A stretch of 64,000 bases of DNA from an uncultured Chloroflexia bacterium (GTDB taxonomy: Bacteria > Chloroflexota > Limnocylindria > Limnocylindrales > CSP1-4). The notes below the pieces were generated by a model, which saw nothing but the letters and a program-made list of their open reading frames with translations, had not been told where the DNA came from and made no database searches. Made by a program: the position numbers and the translations under genes. The stretch is from NCBI GenBank assembly GCA_963835845.1, contig CAWIGT010000006.1:8709-72708 (forward strand), read 5' to 3'. Below, one piece after another: positions 54,395 through 63,490 of the stretch (its first letter is position 1; each line of letters opens with the position of its first letter).

Positions 54395-55062
54395 ACGAGC
54401 ACACCCGTGTCCTGCTCATCGACGACCACGAGATGGCTAGACGCGGACTACGCGCGATGCTTTCCGCGGCCGATTGGATCGAAGTCGCCGGCGAAGGCGA
54501 CTCCTGCGAGTCCGGACTGAAGCTCGCCGAAGAGCTCCAGCCGGACATGGTTCTCCTGGATATCCGAATGCCGGGCCTCGACGGTCTGGCCTGTCTGGAG
54601 CGTCTCAAGGCCCGGCTTCCCCGCATCGCGGTGATCATCGTCACCCTGTACGACGATCGCCGCTACGTGCTCGAGGCAATCCGCCGGGGCGCGGCAGGAT
54701 ACCTGCTCAAGGACGCCAGCACCGCCGAAGTCATCCAGACGCTCCACAACGTGGCCAACGGCCAGCTGGCCGTGGAACCGCAACTCCTGCGCGAGGCACT
54801 GGCGGCTCGAGATGAGGCGCCGCCGGCCGGCGAATCCGCTCGTCAGCGGGCCGAGCAGTACGCCCTGACGCCGCGGGAGCACGACGTCCTGCTGCTGGTG
54901 GCTGAAGGCCTGACGAACAAGGAGATCGGTGGCCGGCTCTCGATCACCGAGGACACGGTCAAGAAGCACGTCCAGAACATCATCTGGAAGCTGCGCGCGG
55001 CGGACCGGACGCAAGCCGCGATCATGGCCCTCAAGCTCGGCCTGCTCGAATCCCCCACCTGA
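54391..55062 (+). CDS. NarL/LuxR-family response regulator
   Basis: VLLIDDHEMARRGL...MVLLDIRMPGLDG...LTPREHDVLLLVAEGLTNKEIGGRLSITEDTVKKHVQNIIWKL. A GTGA overlap couples it to the kinase. Confidence 0.9.
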   Translation: MNEHTRVLLIDDHEMARRGLRAMLSAADWIEVAGEGDSCESGLKLAEELQPDMVLLDIRMPGLDGLACLERLKARLPRIAVIIVTLYDDRRYVLEAIRRGAAGYLLKDASTAEVIQTLHNVANGQLAVEPQLLREALAARDEAPPAGESARQRAEQYALTPREHDVLLLVAEGLTNKEIGGRLSITEDTVKKHVQNIIWKLRAADRTQAAIMALKLGLLESPT

Positions 55063-55179
55063 TCTCCGAGCCCCAGCCACACGGAACTAATTGCGGCCCG
55101 CTGATAGCCAACACGTGGTTAGTGGTGGCACCTGGCAACAGAATCGGTGTTTACCCTGTCAGGGATAGCCCCTAAACGG

Positions 55180-55206
55180 TCAAGTCCGGTCGTGGTCCCC
55201 CGATCC
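55180..55206 (+). promoter_or_regulatory. Weak sigma-28 (FliA/SigD/WhiG)-like promoter candidate upstream of flaG
   Basis: TCAA-N15-CCCGATCC compared with the consensus TAAA-N15-GCCGATAA. The -10 element ends only 13 nt before the ATG. Confidence 0.25.
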
Positions 55207-55219
55207 CTCATTCACTGAG

Positions 55220-55522
55220 ATGGCAACCAACGACCTGCTCCCAACGGCACTCGCCCTCACCGGATCCGCTCCGGCGATGGTCCCTCAAACGGCGCCTCTG
55301 GAGATGCCCGGACAGAAGGACCACTTCGCCAAGCAGGCCGGTCCCGACGTTTCCTTCAAGGGGCCGGACGGGTTGACCGAAGCGTACGCGGTGTTCCAGG
55401 TCGATCCTGAGAGCAAACAGCTCCAGGTGATGATCGTGGACTCACAGGGCCACTTGCTTCGCATGATCCCGGCGCGCTCGGTCTCCCAAATGATGGAGTC
55501 GATGGGCCGCTACCGGCCGTAG
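55220..55522 (+). CDS. flaG: FlaG family flagellar protein
   Basis: AYAVFQVDPESKQLQVMIVDSQGHLLRMIPARSVSQMMESMGRY matches the characteristic FlaG C-terminal pattern. Confidence 0.75.
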   Translation: MATNDLLPTALALTGSAPAMVPQTAPLEMPGQKDHFAKQAGPDVSFKGPDGLTEAYAVFQVDPESKQLQVMIVDSQGHLLRMIPARSVSQMMESMGRYRP

Positions 55523-55763
55523 CCGAAGCGCTCCCTCAACACTCCACTTCCGACCCGCTTTGCCGGTCGCGCTCTCCGAGCGCCCTCCGAGCTACTCCGG
55601 CGCGGCCACCTTCCGCCGTGCCGCGCCGCTCCAGCGAAGTTCAAGTGTTGCCACCGCGCGACCGATGCCCCGTCGGGATTGCACCCGTCCCGCCCACCGC
55701 GGCGATCGACGTCGTAGACGCCCCTCGCGAACTCGGGCGCACCGACTCAAGGGAATCGGCCAC

Positions 55764-56408
55764 ATGACGCTCACCCTCTCGGAAGCCGGCGAAAACGCCG
55801 TCGGATTGACCTTCGGCCGGGCCATGAAACGCGCCGGGGAAGCCCTGGGCTCGATGAGTGGCCAGGTGATCGAGGTTCAGACGCCCATGCTGCGGCGCTG
55901 CACCGCGTCCGAGGTCCTCGGTATGGCCGGCGGACCGGAGTCGGTCGTGCTGGCCGTCTACGTCGGGATTTACGGATCGCTGCAGGGCCACGCCCTGCTG
56001 CTGTTCTCGCCCGCCGACGCCCACCGCCTGGCCCAAATCCTGCTGGCCGGCCTGCTGGGTCCAGGCGAGCTGCCTATGGAGAGCAACCCGGACGAGCTCG
56101 CCTACGACGAGCTCGAACTGTCAGCCCTGCAGGAGGCCGGCAACGTCACCATATCGGCCTTCCTGAACGAACTCGGAATGCACCTTCACGAACCCGTCCA
56201 GCCGACGCCGCCCCAGGTCGTGATCGAGATGGCGGGAGCCGTTCTCGACGCCGTATTGCTCGACCTGGTGAGCGAAGCCGACCAGGTACTGGCCGCCAAG
56301 ACGTCCTTCAGCGAAGGCGGCCGGGCTATCGACGGGACGATGTTCGTCCTGCCGCGCGCCGACAGCCTCCGGGTCCTCCTGGACGCTCTCGGGGCAATCG
56401 GGATATGA
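55764..56408 (+). CDS. cheC: CheC-family CheY-P phosphatase
   Basis: LSEAGENAVGLTFGRAM...IEVQTP and ELSALQEAGNVTISAFLNELG...QPTPP form a duplicated CheC-type motif. Confidence 0.8.
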   Translation: MTLTLSEAGENAVGLTFGRAMKRAGEALGSMSGQVIEVQTPMLRRCTASEVLGMAGGPESVVLAVYVGIYGSLQGHALLLFSPADAHRLAQILLAGLLGPGELPMESNPDELAYDELELSALQEAGNVTISAFLNELGMHLHEPVQPTPPQVVIEMAGAVLDAVLLDLVSEADQVLAAKTSFSEGGRAIDGTMFVLPRADSLRVLLDALGAIGI

Positions 56409-56890
56409 CACTCACGGAAAGCCCAAGCCTGCTCGTGGCAGGCATTGGAGAGATGGTTCTGAGTTCCAGCGCGGACTCGCACCTGGTGGCCTACGGCCTC
56501 GGGTCCTGCATCGCGCTGGCGGTCTGGGATCCGCGGACCAGGGTCGGCGGCCTGGCCCATTTCATGCTGCCGAGCGGACCGGCCAATGCCGGCAGCCCGG
56601 TCAAGTTCATCGACACCGGCCTCGACGCCTTCTTGAAGGCCATGGAGGTCAAGGGCGCCGTCCTCAACCGCTGCGTCTACAAAGCAGCCGGCGCCGCGGC
56701 GATGTTGACCGTCGGAGGGGGGCTCGCAATCGGCAAGCGCAACGCGGAAACGATGCAGACGGCCCTATCAGAGCGAGGGCATCCACTCACCGCGACCGCG
56801 CTCGGTGGAAATGCCGGACGAACCGTTCAACTTGAGGTGTCCGACGGCCGATTTCTCATCAAGAGCTTGTCTTCTGTATCTGAGCTGTAG
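56405..56890 (+). CDS. cheD: Chemoreceptor glutamine deamidase CheD
   Basis: LVAYGLGSCIALAVWDPRTRVGGLAHFMLPS...GGNAGRTVQLEVSDGRFLIK. Confidence 0.9.
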   Translation: MTLTESPSLLVAGIGEMVLSSSADSHLVAYGLGSCIALAVWDPRTRVGGLAHFMLPSGPANAGSPVKFIDTGLDAFLKAMEVKGAVLNRCVYKAAGAAAMLTVGGGLAIGKRNAETMQTALSERGHPLTATALGGNAGRTVQLEVSDGRFLIKSLSSVSEL

Positions 56891-56911
56891 TTCGAGTTAG
56901 GAGCACCGGCG

Positions 56912-57271
56912 ATGGCAAAGATCCTCGTCGTGGACGACGCGGCCTTCATGCGTCTGCGGGCGGCGAAGTTGCTCGTCGAGGCTGGCCATCAGGTCCTCGA
57001 AGCCGAGAACGGGCGACTGGCTGTTGAGACGTACCTTCGCGAGCGACCCGACTGCGTCCTCATGGACATAACGATGCCCGAGATGGACGGCCTGGAGGCG
57101 CTGGCCGAGATACGGGCCAAAGACCCGCATGCCCGCATCGCCATGCTGACCGCGATGGGCCAGCAGGCAATCGTGATGGACGCGATCAAACGCGGCGCGC
57201 GTGACTTCGTCGTGAAACCGTTTGCGCCGGACCGGGTCCTGGCGGCCGTCAACAAGCTACTCGCGGCATAG
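56912..57271 (+). CDS. cheY: Chemotaxis response regulator CheY
   Basis: MAKILVVDDAAFMRLRAAKLL...VLMDITMPEMDGLEAL...GARDFVVKPF. Confidence 0.92.
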   Translation: MAKILVVDDAAFMRLRAAKLLVEAGHQVLEAENGRLAVETYLRERPDCVLMDITMPEMDGLEALAEIRAKDPHARIAMLTAMGQQAIVMDAIKRGARDFVVKPFAPDRVLAAVNKLLAA

Positions 57272-57362
57272 CCGCGACCCAAGCCGCCGGCCGAGCCGGG
57301 ACGCAGCCTCCGGCAGTCCCGGCCCACAGCTCGCCGGCGGCCCACAAGGTTCGGATCTCACG

Positions 57363-58631
57363 ATGGCCCCTATCCGAGTTCTGATCGTCGACGACTCCGC
57401 CTTCATGCGCCACGCCCTCGGCCGCCTTCTGAACGAAGTGCCGGGTCTGGAAGTGGCGGGTGCCGCGTCGAATGGCGAAGAAGGCCTGACGCTCGCTCGC
57501 GAGTTGCGGCCCGACGTGATCACCCTCGACGTCGAGATGCCCGTCCTCGACGGCCTGGGCATGCTCAAGCGCCTCATGCTCGAAACGCCGACCCGCGTGG
57601 TCATGTTGTCGAGCCGGACAACCCAGAACGCCCAGGTGACACTGGACTCGCTCGAGTTCGGCGCGATCGACTTCGTGCCCAAGCCCTCGGGCTCGCTGTC
57701 GATCGACATCGGCCGGGTCGGCGAGGACCTGGTGGCCAAGATCCAGGCCGCGGCGGCCATGTCGGAGGCCTCGTTCCTGCGCCACCGCCAGGTCGCCGCG
57801 ATGAACCTGACCCTCGCCAACAACGCGGCGGCCAAGGCGGCTGCGATCGCTGCCGCGATAAGCGCCCCCGGGCCCGGAGCCGCCGGGACCGGGACCGCCG
57901 GGATGCCCGCCGGCAGGCAGGGCCACCTTCGTTCCGTCGGTGCTCCGGCCACGGTCAGGCGGCCGCCACGCTCCGCCTCTCGAATCGCCGCCGCCCGCCT
58001 GGTGGTAGTCGCCTCCTCGACCGGCGGCCCCAGCGCTCTCCACACCTTCGTGCGGGGCCTGCCCGCTCATCTCGGCGCCGCCGTGGCCCTGGTCCAGCAC
58101 ATGCCCCCGGGCTTCACCGCGTCGCTGGCGGCCCGCCTTGACTCGGTCAGCCAGCTGCGCTGCGCCGAAGCCACCTCGGAGGACGTGCTGGTGGAAGACG
58201 AGATGCTCGTGGCCCCCGGCGACCGGCACATGATCTGCTCGACCACCGGCCACATCCAGCTCGTCCACCTGCCTGCCGTCAACGGGGTCCGACCGGCGGC
58301 CGACGTGACGCTTCAGGCCGTGGCGCCCATCTGGCGGGAGCGGCTGTTGTGCGTCGTCCTGACGGGCATGGGCGTGGACGCCCGCGAAGGAGCGCGCGCC
58401 GTCAAACAGCACGGTGGCACGGTCATCTCCCAGGACGCGGCCACGGCCACGATCTACGGCATGCCGGCCGCCGTGGCCGAAGCGGGACTCACCGACCAGG
58501 TTCTGCCACTCCACCAGATCTCGGCCGCGGTGGCCTCCTGGTGTCTCACCGGCCGGCTGAGCCACGCGGAAGGCTCCGTCGCCCCAAACCCATCGACCCG
58601 ATCGGCCGATCGATCGGAACTCGCGTCCTGA
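57363..58631 (+). CDS. cheB: Chemotaxis methylesterase/glutaminase CheB (REC plus esterase)
   Basis: IRVLIVDDSAFMRHAL...ITLDVEMPVLDG...VVVASSTGGPSAL...VQHMPPGFT...VVLTGMGVDAREG...ATIYGMP. Confidence 0.92.
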   Translation: MAPIRVLIVDDSAFMRHALGRLLNEVPGLEVAGAASNGEEGLTLARELRPDVITLDVEMPVLDGLGMLKRLMLETPTRVVMLSSRTTQNAQVTLDSLEFGAIDFVPKPSGSLSIDIGRVGEDLVAKIQAAAAMSEASFLRHRQVAAMNLTLANNAAAKAAAIAAAISAPGPGAAGTGTAGMPAGRQGHLRSVGAPATVRRPPRSASRIAAARLVVVASSTGGPSALHTFVRGLPAHLGAAVALVQHMPPGFTASLAARLDSVSQLRCAEATSEDVLVEDEMLVAPGDRHMICSTTGHIQLVHLPAVNGVRPAADVTLQAVAPIWRERLLCVVLTGMGVDAREGARAVKQHGGTVISQDAATATIYGMPAAVAEAGLTDQVLPLHQISAAVASWCLTGRLSHAEGSVAPNPSTRSADRSELAS

Positions 58632-58659
58632 ATCGCAGTTCATCGGGGAATGCCCCGAC

Positions 58660-58686
58660 TAACCAAGTGCAGGAATGCACCGATAC
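58660..58686 (+). promoter_or_regulatory. Sigma-28 (FliA/SigD/WhiG)-like promoter candidate upstream of cheW-cheX-cheA
   Basis: TAAC-N15-ACCGATAC compared with the consensus TAAA-N15-GCCGATAA (3/4 and 6/8 matches, with a perfect CCGATA core). It lies in a lower-GC 110-nt cheB-cheW spacer, 57 nt upstream of the GTG start. Confidence 0.4.
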
Positions 58687-58742
58687 CTAACCAAGAACCC
58701 GCAGCCGGACTACGTCCGGAGCGTGACGTAAGGAGAAAAGCC

Positions 58743-59231
58743 GTGGCCGAGAAGCCAATGTCCAGCGGCAACGGTCGGGCCGGGGAGCTACAGATCGTAG
58801 TCTGTGAGCTCGCCGACGAACACTATGGCCTGGACATCGCCAAAGTCTTCGAGATCATCCGTCATCAACCGATCACGCCGGTTCCGCGAGCGCCGGAGTT
58901 CGTCAAGGGCGTGATCAACCTGCGCGGCCGGATCATCCCCGTGGTCGACCTGCGCGGTCGGTTCGGGATGATGGAAGTGGAGCCCACAAAGGAAACGCGC
59001 ATCGTCGTCGCGGAAAGCTCGTCGACCCGCGTCGGGCTAATCGTCGACAGCGTCTCCGAAGTGCTTCTCCTGCCCGCCGACGCGGTCGAATCCACGCCGG
59101 GTGTCGCCGCCGGTGCCGATGCGGAGTACCTCAGGGGCATCGCCAAGCTTGGTGACCGGCTCGTCCTGCTCCTCGAGCTCGACGGTCTGTTCGGTCTCGA
59201 GGACCAGACCGCCCTCGCTGGAGCCGCATAA
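58743..59231 (+). CDS. cheW: Chemotaxis coupling protein CheW
   Basis: AAGGAG lies 7 nt upstream of the GTG at 58743. LQIVVCELADEHYGLDIAKVFEIIRHQPITPVPRAPEFVKGVINLRGRIIPVVDLR. Confidence 0.92.
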   Translation: MAEKPMSSGNGRAGELQIVVCELADEHYGLDIAKVFEIIRHQPITPVPRAPEFVKGVINLRGRIIPVVDLRGRFGMMEVEPTKETRIVVAESSSTRVGLIVDSVSEVLLLPADAVESTPGVAAGADAEYLRGIAKLGDRLVLLLELDGLFGLEDQTALAGAA

Positions 59232-59233
59232 CC

Positions 59234-59698
59234 ATGAGAGTCCAGATCGTCAACCGCTACGTTCAGTCAGCCCTGAACGTGATCAGCAAGGAGACCGGCC
59301 TGCCGGTCGACCGAGGCGGCCTTCTTCTCGAGGGCAACCCGTACACGACCGAGGACGTCACCGCGGTCATCGGCGTCAGCGGCAAGCTCTCCGGATCGAT
59401 CTACCTGTCCATGTCCGAGACCGTCGCCCTCAAGCTGATCAGCGCGATCCTGGGCCAGGACACGGCCGTCCTCGACGACCTGGGCCAGAGCGGCATCGCC
59501 GAGATGGCCAACGTCATCGCCGGCACCGCGGGCATCGAGCTTGCCGACGAAGGGGTTGAAACGACGGTCAACCCGCCTCTCGTTCTGGTCGGTCGAGGCG
59601 CCCGCCTTTCGACCGTGGAAATCCAGCGCCTCGTCGTTCCGCTGACGACCGCTTACGGCGAGGTCAAGCTCCACGTCGCGCTCCGAGAGGCTGTGTGA
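59234..59698 (+). CDS. cheX: CheX-type chemotaxis phosphatase
   Basis: VTAVIGVSGKLSGSIYLSM...GIAEMANVIAGTAG... in a protein of 154 aa. Confidence 0.75.
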   Translation: MRVQIVNRYVQSALNVISKETGLPVDRGGLLLEGNPYTTEDVTAVIGVSGKLSGSIYLSMSETVALKLISAILGQDTAVLDDLGQSGIAEMANVIAGTAGIELADEGVETTVNPPLVLVGRGARLSTVEIQRLVVPLTTAYGEVKLHVALREAV

Positions 59699-59699
59699 C

Positions 59700-62037
59700 A
59701 TGCAGCTGACCTTCGATCTGCAGCCGGGCGACGACCGTCTGTTCACCGACGAGTCCCTGGAGCAGATCGAGCGCATCGAACAGGGCCTGCTCGAACTCGA
59801 GCATGACGTCGATGCGGGCGTGGTCAACGAAGTCTTCCGTGCCGCCCACACGCTCAAGGGCTCGGCGGCGACGATCGGCCACCGCCGGATGGCCGAGCTG
59901 ACACACGCCATGGAAGACCTCTTCGGCGCGTTTCGAAGCGGCACTCTCCACGAAGTCAAGCCATTCGCCGACGTTCTGCTGGCCACGATCGACGTCCTGC
60001 GGGCACTCGTGGCGGAGGTCCAGGAGGGCGAGACCCTCACCGACGCTCCCGAAGCGCTGACCAGGCAGGCTGCGCGAGCTTCTGACGACGGCCACCGCGA
60101 CGGCAGCGGCCAGGTCGACGGCACCGAAGCCGGCGGCTCGGTCCCCGCTCCCCCACCCGGTCGAGGCCGTCGCGCCGGCGAACAGTATCTCCGACGACGT
60201 CGCCCAGGCAGTCGCGGACGCGGTCGAAGTGGTCGAAGAGGGCGTCAGCAACATCGCCGTCGCACCGCTCATCCACCGTCTGCTCGTGGAAGCCCCGGGC
60301 GGATACGAACCGCGTTCGATCGTGGTCTGTCGCGTGGACCCGATGAGCGAGTGGCAGGCCGTTCGACTCCTGCAGCTGGTGCTCGAGGCTGAAGAGACCG
60401 GCGTGCTCGTGACCTCCGCCCCCGGCAGAGACGAGATCGAATCCGGGCTCGGCACGACGCTTCTGGTGATGCTCGTCCGCGGCCGGCCCGTTGAGTTGAT
60501 GGATCTCCGCAAGCGGCTCGCCGCGATCGACGACGTCGTCGGCGTCGAGGCCGTGGCCGCGCCGCTCGGCACGGGTGAGCCCGCACAGCCGGTCGTGCCT
60601 CTCAGCGTCGACGTATACGGCCCGGACGATGCGGTCACGCCGCTCGGGGCCGCCCGCACCGACGACGAGGCCACCGCCGGACCTCCCGGCGCCGCCGAGC
60701 GCCGCCAGGCCGACCTGGGCGCGGAGTCTCGGGGCCTGCCGCAGGGCGAGCGTATGACCGTCGCTGGCGACCGGCTCAAGGCCGCCCAGCAGACCATCCG
60801 CATCGACGTAACCCGTCTCGACGAACTGATGAACCTCGTGGGCGAGCTGGTGGTCCACAAGACTCGACTGGCTCAGAGCGCCCAGCTGCTGGCCACTCGC
60901 CTGGGCGACGACCCGCTCGCGCGCCAGGCCGACGAAGACAGCCAGCAGTTCGCCCGAATCGCCGGGCAGCTCCAGGATCAGGTCACCGGACTGCGCATGC
61001 TGCCGATCGAAACCGTGTTCAACCGCTTCCCGCGGGTCGTGCGCGACATCGCCATGCGGCTCAACAAGGAAGTCCAGCTGGTCATCGAAGGCAAGGAAAC
61101 CGAGCTGGACCGCTCCGTTCTCGAAGAGGTCGGCGACCCGCTGGGCCACCTCGTCCGCAACGCCCTGGACCACGGCATCGAATCGCCCGAAGAACGCCGT
61201 GCTCTCGGCAAGCCCACGCCGGCGACGGTCCGCCTGACCGCTCGCCATTCCGACGGCCGCATCCTGATCACGGTCGAGGACGACGGCAAGGGCATGGATC
61301 CGGCGTCACTGCGCCGGTCCGTTGTCGAGAAGGGCCTGATGACCCGAGAACAGGCCGATCTGACCAGCGACGCCGACATGCTGCGCGTCATCTTCACCCC
61401 CGGCTTCTCCACGGCCAAGGTCGTGACCGAAGTCTCCGGCCGCGGAGTCGGCATGGACGTGGTCCGGAACAACATCGAACGCCTGGGCGGTTGGGTCGAC
61501 GTCACGAGCACGCCGGGTCAGGGGACGAAGGTTTCCCTATCCCTGCCGCTTACTCTGGCGATCATCGGGGCGCTGCTGGTCAAGTCCGGGGCGCGCGTGT
61601 GCGCGCTGCCGCTGACCGGCGTCGTCGAAACCCTGCGAGTCGAGCCGAATTCGTTCGGGCGAGTGCGCGGCCACAACGTCCTGACTCTGCGCGACCGCGT
61701 CATACCGGTCGAACAGCTCGACAACGCCCTGGGCGATCCGCCGCGGCCGCTGCTGACCAACGAGCGAGGCTTCATCAACCTGGTCGTGGTCCGATCACGC
61801 GGCACGGAGATGGCCCTCGCCGTCGACGCTTTCGTCGGCCAGCACGAGATCGTGCTGAAGTCCCTGAGCGAAGTGACCGGCGAGCGCACCGGCCTGGCAG
61901 GTGCCACCGTCATGGCCGACGGCGCCGTCGGGCTGGTGGTGGACATCGCCGCCCTGCTCGAGCGCACCACCTTCCGCCCCACCGGCCCCGGCGATGGCCT
62001 TGTGGCCGCGAATCTGCCGAAGAGCAAGGTCGCGTAG
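59700..62037 (+). CDS. cheA: Chemotaxis histidine kinase CheA, split between two frames near 60060-60075 (apparent 1-nt insertion)
   Basis: Track ORF 59700..60392 carries the Hpt domain (VFRAAHTLKGSAATIGH). Track ORF 60229..62037 carries the dimerisation, kinase and CheW-like domains (IRIDVTRLDELMNLVGELVV, LVRNALDHGIE, VEDDGKGMD, GRGVGMDVVRNNIERLGG). The second frame is open from 60061. The span is 2338 nt (3n+1). Confidence 0.9.
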
Positions 62038-62049
62038 CACCGCTCCCGT

Positions 62050-62144
62050 CGCGTGGCGCCGTTGCCGTCGCGGAGCGCCGTACCCTCCGCGGAGCGCCGT
62101 ACCCTTCGCGGAGCGCCGTACCCTTCGCGGAGCGCCTTACCGTC
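62050..62144. repeat. Tandem array of 19-bp units (3 near-identical and 2 degenerate copies)
   Basis: cgcggagcgccgtaccct(c/t) occurs at 62069, 62088 and 62107, with degenerate copies at 62050 and 62126. The array begins 12 nt after the cheA stop. Confidence 0.9.
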
Positions 62145-62347
62145 GCCGGTCGATCCCGTGCGCGGGCCGACTCGGTCACCTGTCGCGATCCGGCTCGCAG
62201 CCTCGGGACGCAATCGCTCCACACCGCCGACTGGCGTCCGCGCCGAGGTCCTTGCCTGGTGGCCGCCTCTGCGTCCGGGTCGAACTCGGCCCGGCATCCC
62301 ACCCTCCGGTGGGCATCGTGAGCTCCACGCTCCGCGCTCGGCGGCGT

Positions 62348-63382
62348 CTACCCCGCCGCCCTGATCGCGCCGGCGAGATCGCCTGAAGCGGCGTACATGG
62401 CCCCGAAGCCGCCCAGCAATTTGATGAACTCCCTCAGCATCTCGTCGCTGAACTGGCCCCGCATCGCGACTCGCATGATGTGGAGCGCGTCAAAAGCCGT
62501 CACCGCATTGCGATACGGCCGCTTGGTCGTAAGAGCGTCGAAGGCGTCGACGATGGCGACCAGCTGGGCGTCCTGGGCGATGCCGGCCGCCTGCCGGCCG
62601 GCCGGATAGCCCGACCCGTCGCAACGCTCGTGGTGCTCGGCGATGATATGGGCGTAGGGCGGCGGATACCCGAGGGCGCGCACGATCATGTCGTGGCCGG
62701 CCTTGACGTGGGTCCGCATCACCTGCCACTCGGACGCGTCCAGGGCGGCCGGCTTGTCCAGCGTGACTCGCGGCACACGGTTCTTGCCGATGTCGTGGAG
62801 CAGCCCGCCGCGAGCCACGTCTCGGATCGAGTCCGCGCTCCCGAAGTGCATGAAACGGGCCAGGACGATGCCGTACACCGCGGTGTTGATGGCGTGGGTA
62901 TGGGTGGCCGTGTGCTTCTGCATCGTGGCCACCATGGCCCAGACCATCTCCTCGTCCTCGATCAAATTCATGGTGATGCCGTCGATGGCCTGATGGGTCA
63001 GCAGCAAGCCATCGTGATCGAGCGGGTTCTCTCGCGTGAAGACGGGCATCAGGACCTTCGCGGCGATCGAGTAGGCGGTCTTACTGCGTTCGATCGGGCT
63101 GATGCGCTGGTTGGCCATGACCTTGGGCAATGCCGCCGCGAGGGCGCCCCGCAGCAGGTCGGAGTCGATCTCCCGCACCAGGAACGACATGCCGCGCTGC
63201 GCCCGGGCTGTTACCTTGCGCAGGTCTCCGCCTTTCATGGCGTACAGGACCGGCCGCGGTCCCCTCCAGATGTAGAGGTCGCAGGGCAGCGTCGAAATAT
63301 CGGTCAGTACCCTGGCGGGCACTGGCTCGTACCCAGGAGGGGCAGGCGTTATGAATACGTGGGCCGACATATCCGCTCGCAA
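62348..63382 (-). CDS. HD-GYP domain phosphodiesterase (c-di-GMP signalling)
   Basis: GGLLHDIGKNRVP, HHERCDGSGYPAG, VAIVDAFDALTTKRPYR. Confidence 0.88.
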   Translation of the reverse strand: MRADMSAHVFITPAPPGYEPVPARVLTDISTLPCDLYIWRGPRPVLYAMKGGDLRKVTARAQRGMSFLVREIDSDLLRGALAAALPKVMANQRISPIERSKTAYSIAAKVLMPVFTRENPLDHDGLLLTHQAIDGITMNLIEDEEMVWAMVATMQKHTATHTHAINTAVYGIVLARFMHFGSADSIRDVARGGLLHDIGKNRVPRVTLDKPAALDASEWQVMRTHVKAGHDMIVRALGYPPPYAHIIAEHHERCDGSGYPAGRQAAGIAQDAQLVAIVDAFDALTTKRPYRNAVTAFDALHIMRVAMRGQFSDEMLREFIKLLGGFGAMYAASGDLAGAIRAAG

Positions 63383-63490
63383 GCGACGGGTGAACTCAAT
63401 TGAGGTGTCGGCCTGCGGAGTGCTCCCTTGAGGTTCCTGACGCGGTCGAGACAGGTCAATTCCGTCGAGAGCGAGCCGATACCTAACGGG

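Noticed and set aside
55560-55763. The N-terminal 68 aa of track ORF 55560..56408 as part of CheC
   Set aside because: It is Arg/Pro/Ala-rich junk with no homology. The CheC similarity starts at the Met at 55764.
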